Part shown: piece by piece, positions 1-9,133 of the stretch
Position numbering within the stretch: position 1 is the stretch's first letter
How the letters are laid out: every line of letters starts with the position of its first letter
Assembly: GCA_044356215.1 (NCBI GenBank)
Contig: JBIKWQ010000025.1
Coordinates: 1 to 43,191, forward strand
Direction: 5' to 3'
Length of the DNA stretch: 43,191 bases
DNA from: Bdellovibrionota bacterium
GTDB lineage: Bacteria > Bdellovibrionota_C > UBA2361 > OMII01
Notes under the pieces: generated by a model
Databases searched by the model: none
Seen by the model: the letters and a program-made list of their open reading frames with translations, nothing else
What the model was told of the DNA's origin: nothing
Position numbers and translations under genes: made by a program

Positions 1-2
1 AT

Positions 3-101
3 CTGGCTAAAATCACTGCGGCTTTTGAATTTTCGGTGCTCACCCTGACGGTGCCAGGGTTGCGCGCCGAAAATTTCAAAATCTCTTGTGCTTTTAACCA
101 G
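3..101. repeat. Long imperfect palindromic element (RPE/REP-like)
   Basis: Nested arms: ctggctaaaatcac (3-16)/gtgcttttaaccag (88-101); ttttgaattttcggtgc (23-39)/gcgccgaaaatttcaaaa (64-81); accctg (42-47)/cagggt (55-60). May extend left of the window. Confidence 0.7.
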
Positions 102-188
102 CTGCACCATTTTGGTCCTCCTTAACTGCCGTTTTTAGGATAATATACTCTACCTACACTTTTACACTCACGATGAGGTACTAAACTT

Positions 189-1376
189 ATGTCCCAAGAT
201 CCAAATCTCGCTCAATTCGCTGACAACTTGGAGCGTTTCACTAAACAACACTCCGATATTGGACTTGTTAAAGTTTATCTTGATGGCGCCCTGATCCGCG
301 CTATAGCACATATCCCGGGGCAATCTGGCTCACTAAGAGTTTTATCGTCAGTTCAAAATAACGGCGCGATTGATAAGGCTTGCGCCCTTAAAGCTCTAGA
401 GATCTTTAATCCCCTTATAAACCAAGCTAAGGAGAACCCAGGAAAGCACCCAACGATCGATCTCTTGCTCGGTTTATCTGATAACCAGAAACTAACCTTA
501 GAGTTTGTAAAAACCCCGGAGAACTTATTTAAAAAATTATCCGACGGCACCGCCAGCTCTGAAGAGAAGCACTCGGCTGTTATGCTCCTTGACCAGGGGC
601 TTGTTCGCTGCGCGGAGAGGTTAACAGATTATTCTTTAGAGCCAGGCGGTGTGACGCTTCAAAACGGCACCACTTGGACCCCGCAAACTTACGCGGCCGC
701 TTGCCTAAACGCGGCTTTCTCGGCGTATCCGATGAAGCGTATGGGCGAGCACTTCTACGACAAGGTGCCACTAAAGACTGAAAAATGGAGCGACGGCGAC
801 TTTGAGCGAGCGGGTGTGCGATTTATCCCAGGATCGTTTGTTAGACGTGGCGCTTATCTTGGCGCTGGCACTGTGGTGATGCCTGGAGGGATCGTGAACG
901 TGGGAGCTTACGTCGCTGGGTCTGGAGTAATGATCGATGGCGGCGCGCGCGTTGCAACCGGAGCTCAGATCGGCAAGGGAGTTAAGCTTGGCGCTGGGTC
1001 AGGAATTGAAGGGATCTTAGAGCCGCCAGGACGTTTGCCCTCTATTATTGAGGATAACGTAAAAATTGGGGCTAACTGCGAGTTAATGGGAATAGTTGAG
1101 CAGGACGCCGTAGTCGCAAGTGGCGTTGTAATGGCTTCGGGTAAAAAGATCTATGACTTAAGGACTGCTGCGTTTATTGAGCCACGCTATATGTCGCTTG
1201 GTGAATCTATATTTGAGATCCCGGTCATACCGAGAAACCGCGTAGCCGTGGGCGGGATCTACAACAAGAGCTCTAATATAGGAATAGACTGCATAGTGCT
1301 TTTAGAGAAAGACGCTAGCGATACGAGTCTGGCGCAGATGCCTAAGAACTCGCGGTTGTATTTGGCTGGGGCTTAA
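189..1376 (+). CDS. dapD: Tetrahydrodipicolinate N-succinyltransferase with N-terminal DUF2322-like domain
   Basis: C-terminal ~280 aa carry DapD motifs (FYDKVPLK, GVRFIPGSFVRRGAYL, VNVGAYV, hexapeptide repeats, GILEPP..P.IIEDN). N-terminal ~105 aa (FADNL..., PGQSGSL, NPGKHPTIDLLL) match my recollection of DUF2322. RBS gagg upstream. Confidence 0.85.
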   Translation: MSQDPNLAQFADNLERFTKQHSDIGLVKVYLDGALIRAIAHIPGQSGSLRVLSSVQNNGAIDKACALKALEIFNPLINQAKENPGKHPTIDLLLGLSDNQKLTLEFVKTPENLFKKLSDGTASSEEKHSAVMLLDQGLVRCAERLTDYSLEPGGVTLQNGTTWTPQTYAAACLNAAFSAYPMKRMGEHFYDKVPLKTEKWSDGDFERAGVRFIPGSFVRRGAYLGAGTVVMPGGIVNVGAYVAGSGVMIDGGARVATGAQIGKGVKLGAGSGIEGILEPPGRLPSIIEDNVKIGANCELMGIVEQDAVVASGVVMASGKKIYDLRTAAFIEPRYMSLGESIFEIPVIPRNRVAVGGIYNKSSNIGIDCIVLLEKDASDTSLAQMPKNSRLYLAGA

Positions 1377-1382
1377 GCGGAG

Positions 1383-1778
1383 ATGAGAGAACAAGCGGAG
1401 ATAATCAGGATCTGCGCTGAGTATTTCAACACTCACCAGGAAGCTGAGATCGTGTATCTCTTTGGCTCGTATGCGGATGGAACCGCCGGCCAGTCAAGCG
1501 ATATAGATCTAGCGGTTCTGTATAAAGGCACGCTTTCTCCCGAGATAATCCGGAGCGCCTTCTTACGTGATTGGGCACAGGTCTCGAAAGCTTTAAAGAC
1601 CGATAATGTCGATCTAGTCTGCCTTAACGACACACGCAGTATTGAGCTAAAATTCGCTATTACCCAGGATGGAAAGGTCGCGCTTGATCGGAGCGATTTC
1701 AGATTAGATCTAGAGTCGAGGATTAAGACTGAATATTTTGATCACTTAAGCATGCTTAAGAGGGTCGGATATATTTAA
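1383..1778 (+). CDS. mntA: Minimal nucleotidyltransferase (MntA-type antitoxin, type VII TA)
   Basis: YLFGS-x10-DID motif (GSYADGTAGQSSDIDLAV), VDLV; 131 aa; directly upstream of a HEPN gene. Confidence 0.88.
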   Translation: MREQAEIIRICAEYFNTHQEAEIVYLFGSYADGTAGQSSDIDLAVLYKGTLSPEIIRSAFLRDWAQVSKALKTDNVDLVCLNDTRSIELKFAITQDGKVALDRSDFRLDLESRIKTEYFDHLSMLKRVGYI

Positions 1779-1789
1779 GGAGTATTAAG

Positions 1790-2200
1790 ATGGTGAGACA
1801 AGAGAATCTTAGCGCCAAGATAGAGCAAGTGGAGCGATATCTAAAGCTAATTGAGCCGTTTAGGCCGTGCGATATTGAAGAGCTAAAGAAGACCCCAGAG
1901 AGGCTGGCCGCCGCTGAGAGATTTATCTATCTTATCTGCCAGTCCATGATCGAGGCCGCGGAGATCTACTGTAAATTATCCAACTTTCAGCGCCCGGAAA
2001 CGATGTCGGAATCGTTTGAGCGAATTCATGAGCACGGGATTATCTCTGAACAGCTCTGTAGGAGCCTTGTAGCGATGGTTGGATTTAGAAACGCTTTGGC
2101 GCATGCCTACGACAAGTTTAATTACGCCATTTTGGCAGATGTTTTAAACAACAAGCTCTCAGATATTAGGGAATTTATTGGCAAGATGCGGGATAACTAG
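1790..2200 (+). CDS. hepT: HEPN/DUF86 ribonuclease toxin (HepT type)
   Basis: RNALAHAY = R-x4-H-x-Y motif; 136 aa; RBS aaggag. Confidence 0.88.
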   Translation: MVRQENLSAKIEQVERYLKLIEPFRPCDIEELKKTPERLAAAERFIYLICQSMIEAAEIYCKLSNFQRPETMSESFERIHEHGIISEQLCRSLVAMVGFRNALAHAYDKFNYAILADVLNNKLSDIREFIGKMRDN

Positions 2201-2217
2201 CGCTGCACCAGAAACCC

Positions 2218-2263
2218 TTGCGCCCCGCGTATATTTCTAGTATATTTCTATACTAGAAATATA
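2218..2263 (+). promoter_or_regulatory. Sigma70-type promoter of imuA overlapped by a perfect 15-bp inverted repeat (putative operator)
   Basis: TTGCGC (2218-2223), 17-bp spacer, TATATT (2241-2246); IR tatatttctagtata (2230-2244) - tttc - tatactagaaatata (2249-2263). Confidence 0.65.
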
Positions 2264-2277
2264 TACTACGGCCCTTT

Positions 2278-3078
2278 ATGTCCCTCCTTCTGGCTTTAAA
2301 AACGCTTATCCCTGAGCTGGATTCCGCGCCGGCGATCAAGTTTGGGGTACCTGAGATCGATTCCGCGCTCCCATCAAACGGGCTACGTCGGGGGGCTATT
2401 CACGAGATCTTTTATCACGATCCGCTTATTCCCAACTGCGTCGCGAGAACTATCCCCTCTATTCTAGCCTATAACGCGCGTCAGTCGCTCCTTGAATCCT
2501 TAAAAGATCTAAATTGGGGTGCTGCTAATTTAACTCTTAAAGAAAAGCTTACCTCTCTTAGCCTTCCGCGAATAGTTTGGATCGGGCGCTCGTGTTGGCC
2601 CGCACCCCCTGCCCTCGCGGCTCTTGGGGTAAGATCAGCCGAAAACAACACTAGGGATAACGAATCAGAGGAGCTTAATACCAACACCTTAGTCGACTCC
2701 CTTTTCCAAGGCTCTCTATTTATCGATCCCCCTGATGAGACAACAACCCTCTGGGCGATCGATCTAGCTTTAAGATCTCCTGGGGTGGACCTCGTTGTCG
2801 CGGCGACTCCAAAAATATCACGTATAACTACTCAGCGTTTCTCTCTCGCCGCAGGTCGCTACTCTACTACGGCCCTGCTTCTTCGAGATTATCAGGATTG
2901 CAACTCACCAAGCTCGGCTCACTCTAAATGGGTTATCTCACCTTGTAGATCAGATAACGACACACCATCTTGGAGCGTTTGCTTAGCGAAGCTTAAAGGT
3001 GGCGCGCTAACTCAAGGTTCGGAATGGGTGGTTAGGCTACAAGATGAAACAAAGGGGGCTTATGAAATATGCACCTAA
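2278..3078 (+). CDS. imuA: ImuA-like translesion synthesis accessory protein
   Basis: FGVPEIDSALPSNGLRRGAIHE RecA-like N-terminus, LWAIDLALRSPGV, RFSLAA; first gene of imuA-imuB-dnaE2. Confidence 0.8.
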   Translation: MSLLLALKTLIPELDSAPAIKFGVPEIDSALPSNGLRRGAIHEIFYHDPLIPNCVARTIPSILAYNARQSLLESLKDLNWGAANLTLKEKLTSLSLPRIVWIGRSCWPAPPALAALGVRSAENNTRDNESEELNTNTLVDSLFQGSLFIDPPDETTTLWAIDLALRSPGVDLVVAATPKISRITTQRFSLAAGRYSTTALLLRDYQDCNSPSSAHSKWVISPCRSDNDTPSWSVCLAKLKGGALTQGSEWVVRLQDETKGAYEICT

Positions 3079-4730
3079 GCTTTATGTGCATCTATTTTCC
3101 CGAGTGGGCAATTGATGTCACGAAACGAAAACTTCTTTTAAAAGATCCTAAAGCGCAGCCTCCTTCTGCTATTTTGTTAACCCACAGAATAGCTAATCAA
3201 GCCGTAGTTACGCGCGCCTGCAAGGTATCAAGAAGCTTAGGTGTAAAATCTGGTATGGCGGCGTCTCTTGCGCGCGCTATCGCTCCTAAAGGGGCTATTC
3301 TTGAGCCTTTTGACCCGATCCAAGATGCATCCGCTCTTAGCACCTTAGCTTCTTGGTGTCTTAGGTTCTCACCAATCGTTGGATTAGATAACGACCTGCG
3401 CCGCGCGCTAAGTTCAGAGAAAAACGAAAAAGAGCTGCTAAATCTAGATCCTAAATATTACGGCATCACTATCGATCTAACCGGCACAGAGCGTTTACAC
3501 GGGGATCCAAAAAAGCTCTCTATTTACTTTCACTCGCTCTTTAAAGGCGCAGGTAGGGTCGCTATCGCCCCTACAATCGCTGGCGCCTGGGCGCTCTCTC
3601 GTTATTACAATAGACCCCACTGTCACTGCGGATCGTTACAGGAGTTAAAGCTCCTTGTTAACGACCTTCCCGCTCGCTCTCTTAGGATAGGGCCAGAGCT
3701 AGAGAGTAAATTATCTCAAGCTGGGATCTATACAGTTGGGGATCTAGGGCGCATCTCAAGGAGCGCTCTAAGCCAGCGGTTTGGCAAACCTCTCCTTTAC
3801 AGATTAGCTTTACTTAACGGAACGATGCTTGAGCCGATTATCACTGCCTCCCCTAAAGAGCGTTTTGTTGCCAGGCGAATCTTTGAGCCACCATTAAGCT
3901 CTCGTAAATCTATCGTACTCGCTATTGAAAGACTCGCCTCTTCTCTCTTAGATCTCTTAAAGCTGCGCGGGCTCTCGGCTTTACGTTTTACCATTACGGT
4001 TAAAGATACCGAGGATAATAAAACCGTAAAGGATCTCTCTTTAGCTAGCGCCGCTAATGACAAGACACGGATTACTTCGGTTATAGCTCCGGTAATTGAG
4101 AGCATCGTGTTTTGTGGCGAGGCTTACGAGATAGCCATTGAGGCGCTCGATACGGTTTTAGTATCACCATCTCAAGCGAGCTTTAGTGGCGATAAACTCC
4201 GCGACCACGACGCTGTTAATCGGGCTTTTAACGATCTGTTAAATTCATTTAGTCTCCGCATCGGTAGAGAGCGGATCTTACGCGCTGCTCTTACTACATC
4301 TTACATCCCAGAGCGGTCGTATCGTTACGATTCCGCGATTACAAAATTAAACTCCTCTGAATTACAGACAAATGAGGCTAGTCACCAATACAACCTTGAA
4401 AACATCCCAGTTGCCTCAGTTAAAGAACGCCCAACTCTTATCCTTACTCCCCCGGAGCCTATTACATCTATCGCCATGCTTCCGGATAAGCCTCCATCGT
4501 GGATCAGTTGGCGAGGAGAGCGTCTAAATATCGTCTCTGGCTTTGGCCCTGAGAGGATCGCCCCTGAGTGGTGGCGCAGTAATTTATCTAAGCAAAATGC
4601 GTTAGATTTAAAGCTTGCTGAGCGTGATTATTTTACTCTTCAAGATAATCAAGGAAGGTGGCTCTGGGTTTTTAGGGCTAATCTAAACGATACCTCCCAA
4701 AACTGGTTTATTCACGGGGTCTGGACGTGA
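3069..4730 (+). CDS. imuB: ImuB, catalytically inactive Y-family polymerase homologue
   Basis: GVKSGM.ASLARA, LASWCLRFSPIV, IDLTGTERLHG, IAPTIAGAWAL, C-terminal GPERIAPEWW...RDYF...GRWLWVFR...WFIHG. Confidence 0.9.
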   Translation: MHLSFMCIYFPEWAIDVTKRKLLLKDPKAQPPSAILLTHRIANQAVVTRACKVSRSLGVKSGMAASLARAIAPKGAILEPFDPIQDASALSTLASWCLRFSPIVGLDNDLRRALSSEKNEKELLNLDPKYYGITIDLTGTERLHGDPKKLSIYFHSLFKGAGRVAIAPTIAGAWALSRYYNRPHCHCGSLQELKLLVNDLPARSLRIGPELESKLSQAGIYTVGDLGRISRSALSQRFGKPLLYRLALLNGTMLEPIITASPKERFVARRIFEPPLSSRKSIVLAIERLASSLLDLLKLRGLSALRFTITVKDTEDNKTVKDLSLASAANDKTRITSVIAPVIESIVFCGEAYEIAIEALDTVLVSPSQASFSGDKLRDHDAVNRAFNDLLNSFSLRIGRERILRAALTTSYIPERSYRYDSAITKLNSSELQTNEASHQYNLENIPVASVKERPTLILTPPEPITSIAMLPDKPPSWISWRGERLNIVSGFGPERIAPEWWRSNLSKQNALDLKLAERDYFTLQDNQGRWLWVFRANLNDTSQNWFIHGVWT

Positions 4731-7700
4731 TTAGCACCACTCCAGCTTACGCAGAGCTTCAGGTAGCTACTAACTTCTCATTTCTACGGGGAGCGAGCCA
4801 CCCACACGAGTATATCTCGCGCGCAGCCCTGCTTGGTTTGCGCGGTATCGCGATTACTGATTTTAACTCGCTTGCTGGTATAGTCCGCGCGCACGCGGCG
4901 GCCAAAGAAGCCTCCATAAAAATAGCTGTTGGGTGTCGTTTAGAGATTGATTTTAACGGTGCCTTAGATCTCTCAGCGGAAAATAGACTCTCGGCTAATG
5001 AGCGCTTCTCAGCGCTTGTTTATCCAACTTGCGCGGAATCTTACGCGGCTCTCTGCGCTTTACTAACTAAAGCTAAGGGCCACTTAACTAAAGACGATAT
5101 ATTTCTATCTTTAGCTGATTTTCTAACCCTAAAAGATCACCTCCTAGCGATTCTAGTGCCTCCATTTTTTCAAACAAGGAGCGCATTAAATCCAGTTAAC
5201 CGCGGGATTAACTCGACCATGGTGCTCTTTTATGAGCTGTGTAAGATAACGCGCGACTCATGGCGCTTACCTAAAGAGCGGTTATCTATCGCTATTACCA
5301 GCAACTATGGGCACAGTAGAGATAATCTTATCCAAGCAACGCTCCAGATTGCGCGGGCGCTAGATATCCCTGTTGTCGCCACAAATGATGTCTATTATCA
5401 CTGCCCAACCAGAAAACCGCTACAGGATCTCTTAACCGCGATTAGGCTAAAAACAAGGGTTGAGAGCGCAGGCTACGCTCTTTTTCCAAACAGCGAGCGG
5501 TATCTTAAAGCTCCAAGTGAGATGGCTAGACTCTTTAAGGACTACCCGCAGGCTCTCTCTAGGACAGTTGAGATCTTCGAACAGGCCTCCGCTTTCTCTC
5601 TCTCATCTTTAAAATACTCTTATCCAGGTGAAGATACTCCTGGGATTAGCTCAAGTGATCGCTTAAGAGAGCTGGCGCTATCTGGAGCAAAGTCGCGTTT
5701 TCCGGGTGGAGTTTCAGATAAGGTTCTTAAAGCTATCGACCAGGAGCTAGAGCTAATTAGAGAGCTTCAGTACGAGCGGTATTTTCTCACCTGCTACGAA
5801 ATAGTTCAGTTCGCTAAGTCGCGTGAGATCCTCTGCCAGGGGCGCGGAGCGGCGGCTAACTCCGTTGTCTGCTTCTGTTTGGGGATCACGGCGGTCAATC
5901 CTGAGGAGATCGATCTCTTATTCGCTAGGTTTGTTAGCAAGGAGCGCCAAGAGCCCCCTGATATCGATATCGATTTTGAGCACGAGCGGCGCGAGGAGGT
6001 TATTCAGTATATCTATTCACGTTACGGGCGCGATCACGCGGCTCTCGCCGCTGAGGTAGTGACGTTTCAGCCACGCAGCGCCGTGAGGGAGGTTGGTAAG
6101 GCCTTAGGGCTCTCGCTTGAAATTTTAAACATCTTAACTAACAACATTCAGAGCTGGACTGATTATAGATTAAGCGCGGATACGTTACGTGAAATCGGGC
6201 TTAACCCATTTGATTTAACGATTCAGAACACACTTTATTTAGCTTCTGAGTTGATAGGATTCCCCAGGCATATCTCACAACACGTAGGGGGCTTTATCAT
6301 CTCAGAGGCCCCATTAAATACGATCGTTCCCGTTGTGAACGCCACTATGGAGGGTCGTACTATTATTGAGTGGGATAAGAACGATATCGAGGAGCTTGGG
6401 ATCTTAAAGATCGATATCTTAGCCCTTGGGATGTTAACCTGTATCCGTAAAGCTCTTGAGCTAGTAAACGCTAAACGAGACTCTCCCCTTAGGCTCTATT
6501 CAATCCCGCAAAACGACTCAAGCGTTTACGATATGCTAGCCGCCTCAGATACCGTTGGGGTTTTTCAGGTTGAGTCACGCGCGCAGATGGCGATGCTGCC
6601 TAGAATTAAACCCCGCTGTTTTTATGACTTAGTGATTCAGGTGGCTATCGTTAGACCGGGACCGATTCAAGGGGATATGGTTCACCCGTTTCTACGGCGT
6701 AGAAATGGACTTGAGAAAATAAGCTTTCCTGACAAAAAAGTTGAGGCGATCCTTGGGAAAACCCTAGGGGTGCCGATCTTTCAGGAGCAGGCGATGCGTT
6801 TAGCGATAACTCTCGCTAATTTCTCCCCGGGAGAGGCAGAGAAGTTACGACGCGCAATGGCGGCTTGGAAATCTCACAGTGGTGTTATAGCTACCTTTAA
6901 GGAGCGGATAACTCGGGGGATGATCTCTAACGGCTACTCCGCGGAGTTTGCCGAGAACTGCCTAAATCAGATAAAGGGTTTTAGCGAGTATGGATTCCCT
7001 GAGTCTCACGCGGCGTCGTTTGCGCTTCTAGTATACGCCTCCGCGTGGTTAAAACGGCACTATCCAGCGGAGTTCGCCTGCGCTCTCCTTAATAGCCAAC
7101 CGATGGGTTTCTATGAACCGGCGCAGATAGTTCGTGACGTGATAAATCACGGCGTCGCAGTTCTGCCGATAGATGTAAATTCATCTAATTGGGATTGTGT
7201 TGTTGATTACTGCGAAGATAACCGCCCAAGTATCAGATTGGGTTTAAGGCTTATTAGGGGCTTTAGAAGAGATCACGGCGAGAAGCTTGAAAACACCAGA
7301 GCTCTGCACGGGCCTTTTAGATCGCTAAGCTCACTAAGAGATCTAGTTCCTGACGCTTCGCTAGCTAGTTTAAATACTCTAGCGCGCGCTGATGGATTTG
7401 GAAGTTTAAATTTAAACCGCCAGGATGCGCACTGGGAGTTACAATCGCTACCAAAAAATATTGCCCCCTTAGATCCGTTATTTAGTAAGCGCGCAAATGA
7501 GGATAGTAAGCCGCCAGATAGGAGCTCTATTCAGGGGGAGATGTTTAAAGATTACGCGGCGACGGGGTTGTCGCTTAGATCGCATCCTATTCTTCATTTA
7601 AGAGCGGGTTTAAATAAGCGTGGCTGCTTACCGGCTGAGAAGTTACTTAGTAAACACGGAATAAAAACCGGCTCATGGATCTGCGCCGCTGGTTTAGTAA

Positions 7701-7909
7701 TTACCAGACAGAGACCCGGCACCGCAAAGGGGGTAGTTTTTATAACTCTTGAGGATGAGACAGGGTCGTTTAATTTAATTATTAGGCCAAGGATCTTTGA
7801 AGGAGCTAATAAGTTAGTGATGCTTAGCTCTGGGTTAATAGCTACTGGATTGCTAGAGAGAATCGGCGAGGTTTGTTATATCGATGTAAGGAGGGTTGAG
7901 GGGTTGTGA
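4727..7909 (+). CDS. dnaE2: Error-prone DNA polymerase III alpha subunit (DnaE2/ImuC)
   Basis: YAELQVATNFSFLRGASHP, CQGRGAAANS, PPDIDIDFEHERREE, SQHVGG, GFPESHAASFA, RQRPGTAKGV; GTGA overlap with imuB. Confidence 0.95.
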   Translation: MISTTPAYAELQVATNFSFLRGASHPHEYISRAALLGLRGIAITDFNSLAGIVRAHAAAKEASIKIAVGCRLEIDFNGALDLSAENRLSANERFSALVYPTCAESYAALCALLTKAKGHLTKDDIFLSLADFLTLKDHLLAILVPPFFQTRSALNPVNRGINSTMVLFYELCKITRDSWRLPKERLSIAITSNYGHSRDNLIQATLQIARALDIPVVATNDVYYHCPTRKPLQDLLTAIRLKTRVESAGYALFPNSERYLKAPSEMARLFKDYPQALSRTVEIFEQASAFSLSSLKYSYPGEDTPGISSSDRLRELALSGAKSRFPGGVSDKVLKAIDQELELIRELQYERYFLTCYEIVQFAKSREILCQGRGAAANSVVCFCLGITAVNPEEIDLLFARFVSKERQEPPDIDIDFEHERREEVIQYIYSRYGRDHAALAAEVVTFQPRSAVREVGKALGLSLEILNILTNNIQSWTDYRLSADTLREIGLNPFDLTIQNTLYLASELIGFPRHISQHVGGFIISEAPLNTIVPVVNATMEGRTIIEWDKNDIEELGILKIDILALGMLTCIRKALELVNAKRDSPLRLYSIPQNDSSVYDMLAASDTVGVFQVESRAQMAMLPRIKPRCFYDLVIQVAIVRPGPIQGDMVHPFLRRRNGLEKISFPDKKVEAILGKTLGVPIFQEQAMRLAITLANFSPGEAEKLRRAMAAWKSHSGVIATFKERITRGMISNGYSAEFAENCLNQIKGFSEYGFPESHAASFALLVYASAWLKRHYPAEFACALLNSQPMGFYEPAQIVRDVINHGVAVLPIDVNSSNWDCVVDYCEDNRPSIRLGLRLIRGFRRDHGEKLENTRALHGPFRSLSSLRDLVPDASLASLNTLARADGFGSLNLNRQDAHWELQSLPKNIAPLDPLFSKRANEDSKPPDRSSIQGEMFKDYAATGLSLRSHPILHLRAGLNKRGCLPAEKLLSKHGIKTGSWICAAGLVITRQRPGTAKGVVFITLEDETGSFNLIIRPRIFEGANKLVMLSSGLIATGLLERIGEVCYIDVRRVEGL

Positions 7910-7991
7910 GGGACTGAAAGATGCACAAGGAGCTGATTCTGCTCGTTTTTAAATACCACAATCAAGGCGATCTCAAATGCTTACGACTTAG

Positions 7992-8981
7992 TTGGTTAAA
8001 AGAGCGCACAGGGACTTAGAAAAGCAACATAACATATGCATGCTGCGGTTCGGCGAAAAAAATAACTCCTCTAAAATCGCAGAGAGGGCTTTAATAAAAG
8101 TGTCGGGCGATGATCTGTGTCCGAATAGCCGCACGCATCCTTTTGAGGATGCGCGAAATTCTGAAATTGAAGCTCTTAAATTTCCCCTTTCTCGCGCTCT
8201 CGAGCTAGCTTTCGGGGAAAATCTTATTTACGGCGTGATTATTACTTTTGGAAATGGGCGTCCGGAGATCCATATTCGAGACACTGATGTCAAGCCGATT
8301 TTAGCTAGCATGCGGAGCCGCGGTCATAAGATTCTTCAGTCCATAAAGCGCTATCAAGAGATTTCAGGGGTAACGCCTAGTAAGACCGCCTTTAGAGTCT
8401 TTGCTCTGGTACTAAGAAAAATCATACCTGCTGACACTAGTGAATATTCAGAGTTTAAGTCGCTCTGTGAGGATGCTCTCAGGATTGATTCGACAACTCC
8501 AGCTAATAAGAGCTGGAATAGGGAGCTTATACTAACTCTTCATGGCACCCGAGTTCGAGTAGACCTCTCAATAGAGCCCGTGTCTTTCTTTAATCGCTTG
8601 CTTTTAAGAGCACTTCCCACGGACATGCCTACTCACGAGCGCGATAATATGTTTGCGTATCGCTTAAAGATGAGCCTTGAAAAACCGAACGAAAAAATCG
8701 CATTTGCCGAGATAAAACATATCGGGCGCCAAGTTGTCGCGCAGATAGTGAAGTATTATCCTGTGGTTGTTGCTGAGTACTTTCTAAGTAGCTTTATCAT
8801 TCCCTTGATTCCTAAATCTTTCTCGGGACAGCCTGCTTTTGTGAGCAGTTCTTTAGTTGCTGGTCACGCGGCGACATTAGCGATAATCGGAGTAGCAACA
8901 CTTCTGTTACAACTAAAGTATCAAGACTCTAAATTTCGCGGCAAGGCAAGCGAAACTAGCCGGTCTCCCGGGAAAAATTGA
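7992..8981 (+). CDS. Hypothetical protein with two C-terminal hydrophobic segments
   Basis: 329-codon ORF with no recognised motif; start uncertain (ATG near 8035/8040 possible). Confidence 0.5.
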   Translation: MVKRAHRDLEKQHNICMLRFGEKNNSSKIAERALIKVSGDDLCPNSRTHPFEDARNSEIEALKFPLSRALELAFGENLIYGVIITFGNGRPEIHIRDTDVKPILASMRSRGHKILQSIKRYQEISGVTPSKTAFRVFALVLRKIIPADTSEYSEFKSLCEDALRIDSTTPANKSWNRELILTLHGTRVRVDLSIEPVSFFNRLLLRALPTDMPTHERDNMFAYRLKMSLEKPNEKIAFAEIKHIGRQVVAQIVKYYPVVVAEYFLSSFIIPLIPKSFSGQPAFVSSSLVAGHAATLAIIGVATLLLQLKYQDSKFRGKASETSRSPGKN

Positions 8982-9133
8982 GTTCTTAAAGTTCTAGCTC
9001 CGGGTGGTGGCTTTACTGTGCTCTGGAGCTCCGCTCCCTATTTGTCGATTTACTTCATCTATGATATCGAGAACGGCGGGCAATACTCACATTAATCTGA
9101 CTTTTCGGGTCCAAACAGGATTCCCAGCGCTAG

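Noticed and set aside
2278..7909. Apparent excess of CTAG/TTAA/AGCT/GATC palindromic tetramers in core genes
   Set aside because: Visual impression only; needs observed/expected k-mer counts, and may reflect TTA/CTA/GCT codon preference.
8979..8981. TGA recoding (alternative genetic code or selenocysteine)
   Set aside because: imuB, higB, vapC and others end at TGA at expected positions; no SECIS-like evidence.
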